NCBI GenBank assembly: GCA_035709185.1
Contig: DASTEX010000321.1
Location: forward strand, 1 to 31,278
DNA length: 31,278 bases
Direction of reading: 5' to 3'
Source: Gemmatimonadales bacterium
GTDB taxonomy: Bacteria > Gemmatimonadota > Gemmatimonadetes > Gemmatimonadales > GWC2-71-9
The notes below the pieces were generated by a model. It saw nothing but the letters and a program-made list of their open reading frames with translations, ran no database searches and was not told the DNA's origin. Of the stretch, positions 28,489 to 31,278 are shown piece after piece; position 1 is the first letter of the stretch, and each line of letters starts with the position of its first letter. The translations under genes were made by a program, and so were the position numbers.

Positions 28489-28982
28489 TCACGCCGGGGC
28501 AGGCAGCGTGGTGGCCCGGATCTTCGCTTCCTGGCTCTGCCGGAAGCCGGCGAGCCGTTCCGCCAGGGCCGGGTTGCCCAGACTCAGAATGGCGACAGCG
28601 TAGAGCCCGGCATTCTGGGCGCCCGCTTCGCCGATCGCGAAGGTCGCGACCGGAATCCCGGCCGGCATCTGCACCGTGGAAAGCAGCGAATCGAGGCCCT
28701 GGAGGTGCTTGCTGGGCATCGGTACGCCCAGCACCGGAAGCGTGGTCTTGGCCGCGAGCACGCCGGCCAGGTGGGCCGCACCGCCGGCGCCGGCGATGAG
28801 GCACCGCAGGCCGCGCTCCGCCGCCGTGGAGGCGTATTCGTCGGCCAGCTGCGGGCTGCGGTGTGCCGAGACGACCCGGGCCTCCCACGGCACGCCGAAC
28901 TCGGTGAGCCGCTTTGCCGCCTGCTGCATGACGTCCCAGTCGTTGGCGGACCCCATCACGATCCCTACCAGCGGAGCCGACA

Positions 28983-28983
<1 letters not shown>
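28489..28983 (-). CDS. purE: N5-carboxyaminoimidazole ribonucleotide mutase
   Basis: VGIVMGSANDW, VVSAHR, IAGAGGAAHLAG, DSLLSTVQMP; ATG 28983 overlaps the ppdK stop. Confidence 0.97.

Positions 28984-31278
<2,295 letters not shown>

Overview
GC-rich bacterial chromosome segment, probably Gemmatimonadota (inferred from gene order and the tmRNA tag, not searched). Most of it is a housekeeping backbone on the + strand: rseP(3' end)-rpsO-pnp-M16 peptidase-ald-dut-mreBCD-mrdA-rodA-accD-folC-hisS-proS-lysA-guaA. Then come a flavoenzyme + GT2 pair, PTS IIA (-), dusB-larB-corA-diguanylate cyclase, a frameshifted four-helix-bundle gene (-), ssrA, DUF2911 (-), purE (-) and ppdK (-, partial). The unexplained signal is intergenic: seven junctions carry short tandem 7- or 8-nt repeat arrays from four sequence families, six of them arranged as inverted pairs of arms. 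One pair, (AGGACTW)n...(AAGTCCT)n, encloses the four-helix-bundle (23S rRNA IVS-protein / bAvd-like) gene next to ssrA. The other five pairs enclose only 19-44 nt spacers. All eight arms of the (CGGGTGC)n/(GCACCCG)n family show the same register from the outer end: five heptamers, then one 5-nt unit. This suggests a 'loaded cassette plus empty sites' system, which is an inference with unknown mechanism. Four genes also look leaderless (-10 box exactly 6 nt before ATG).
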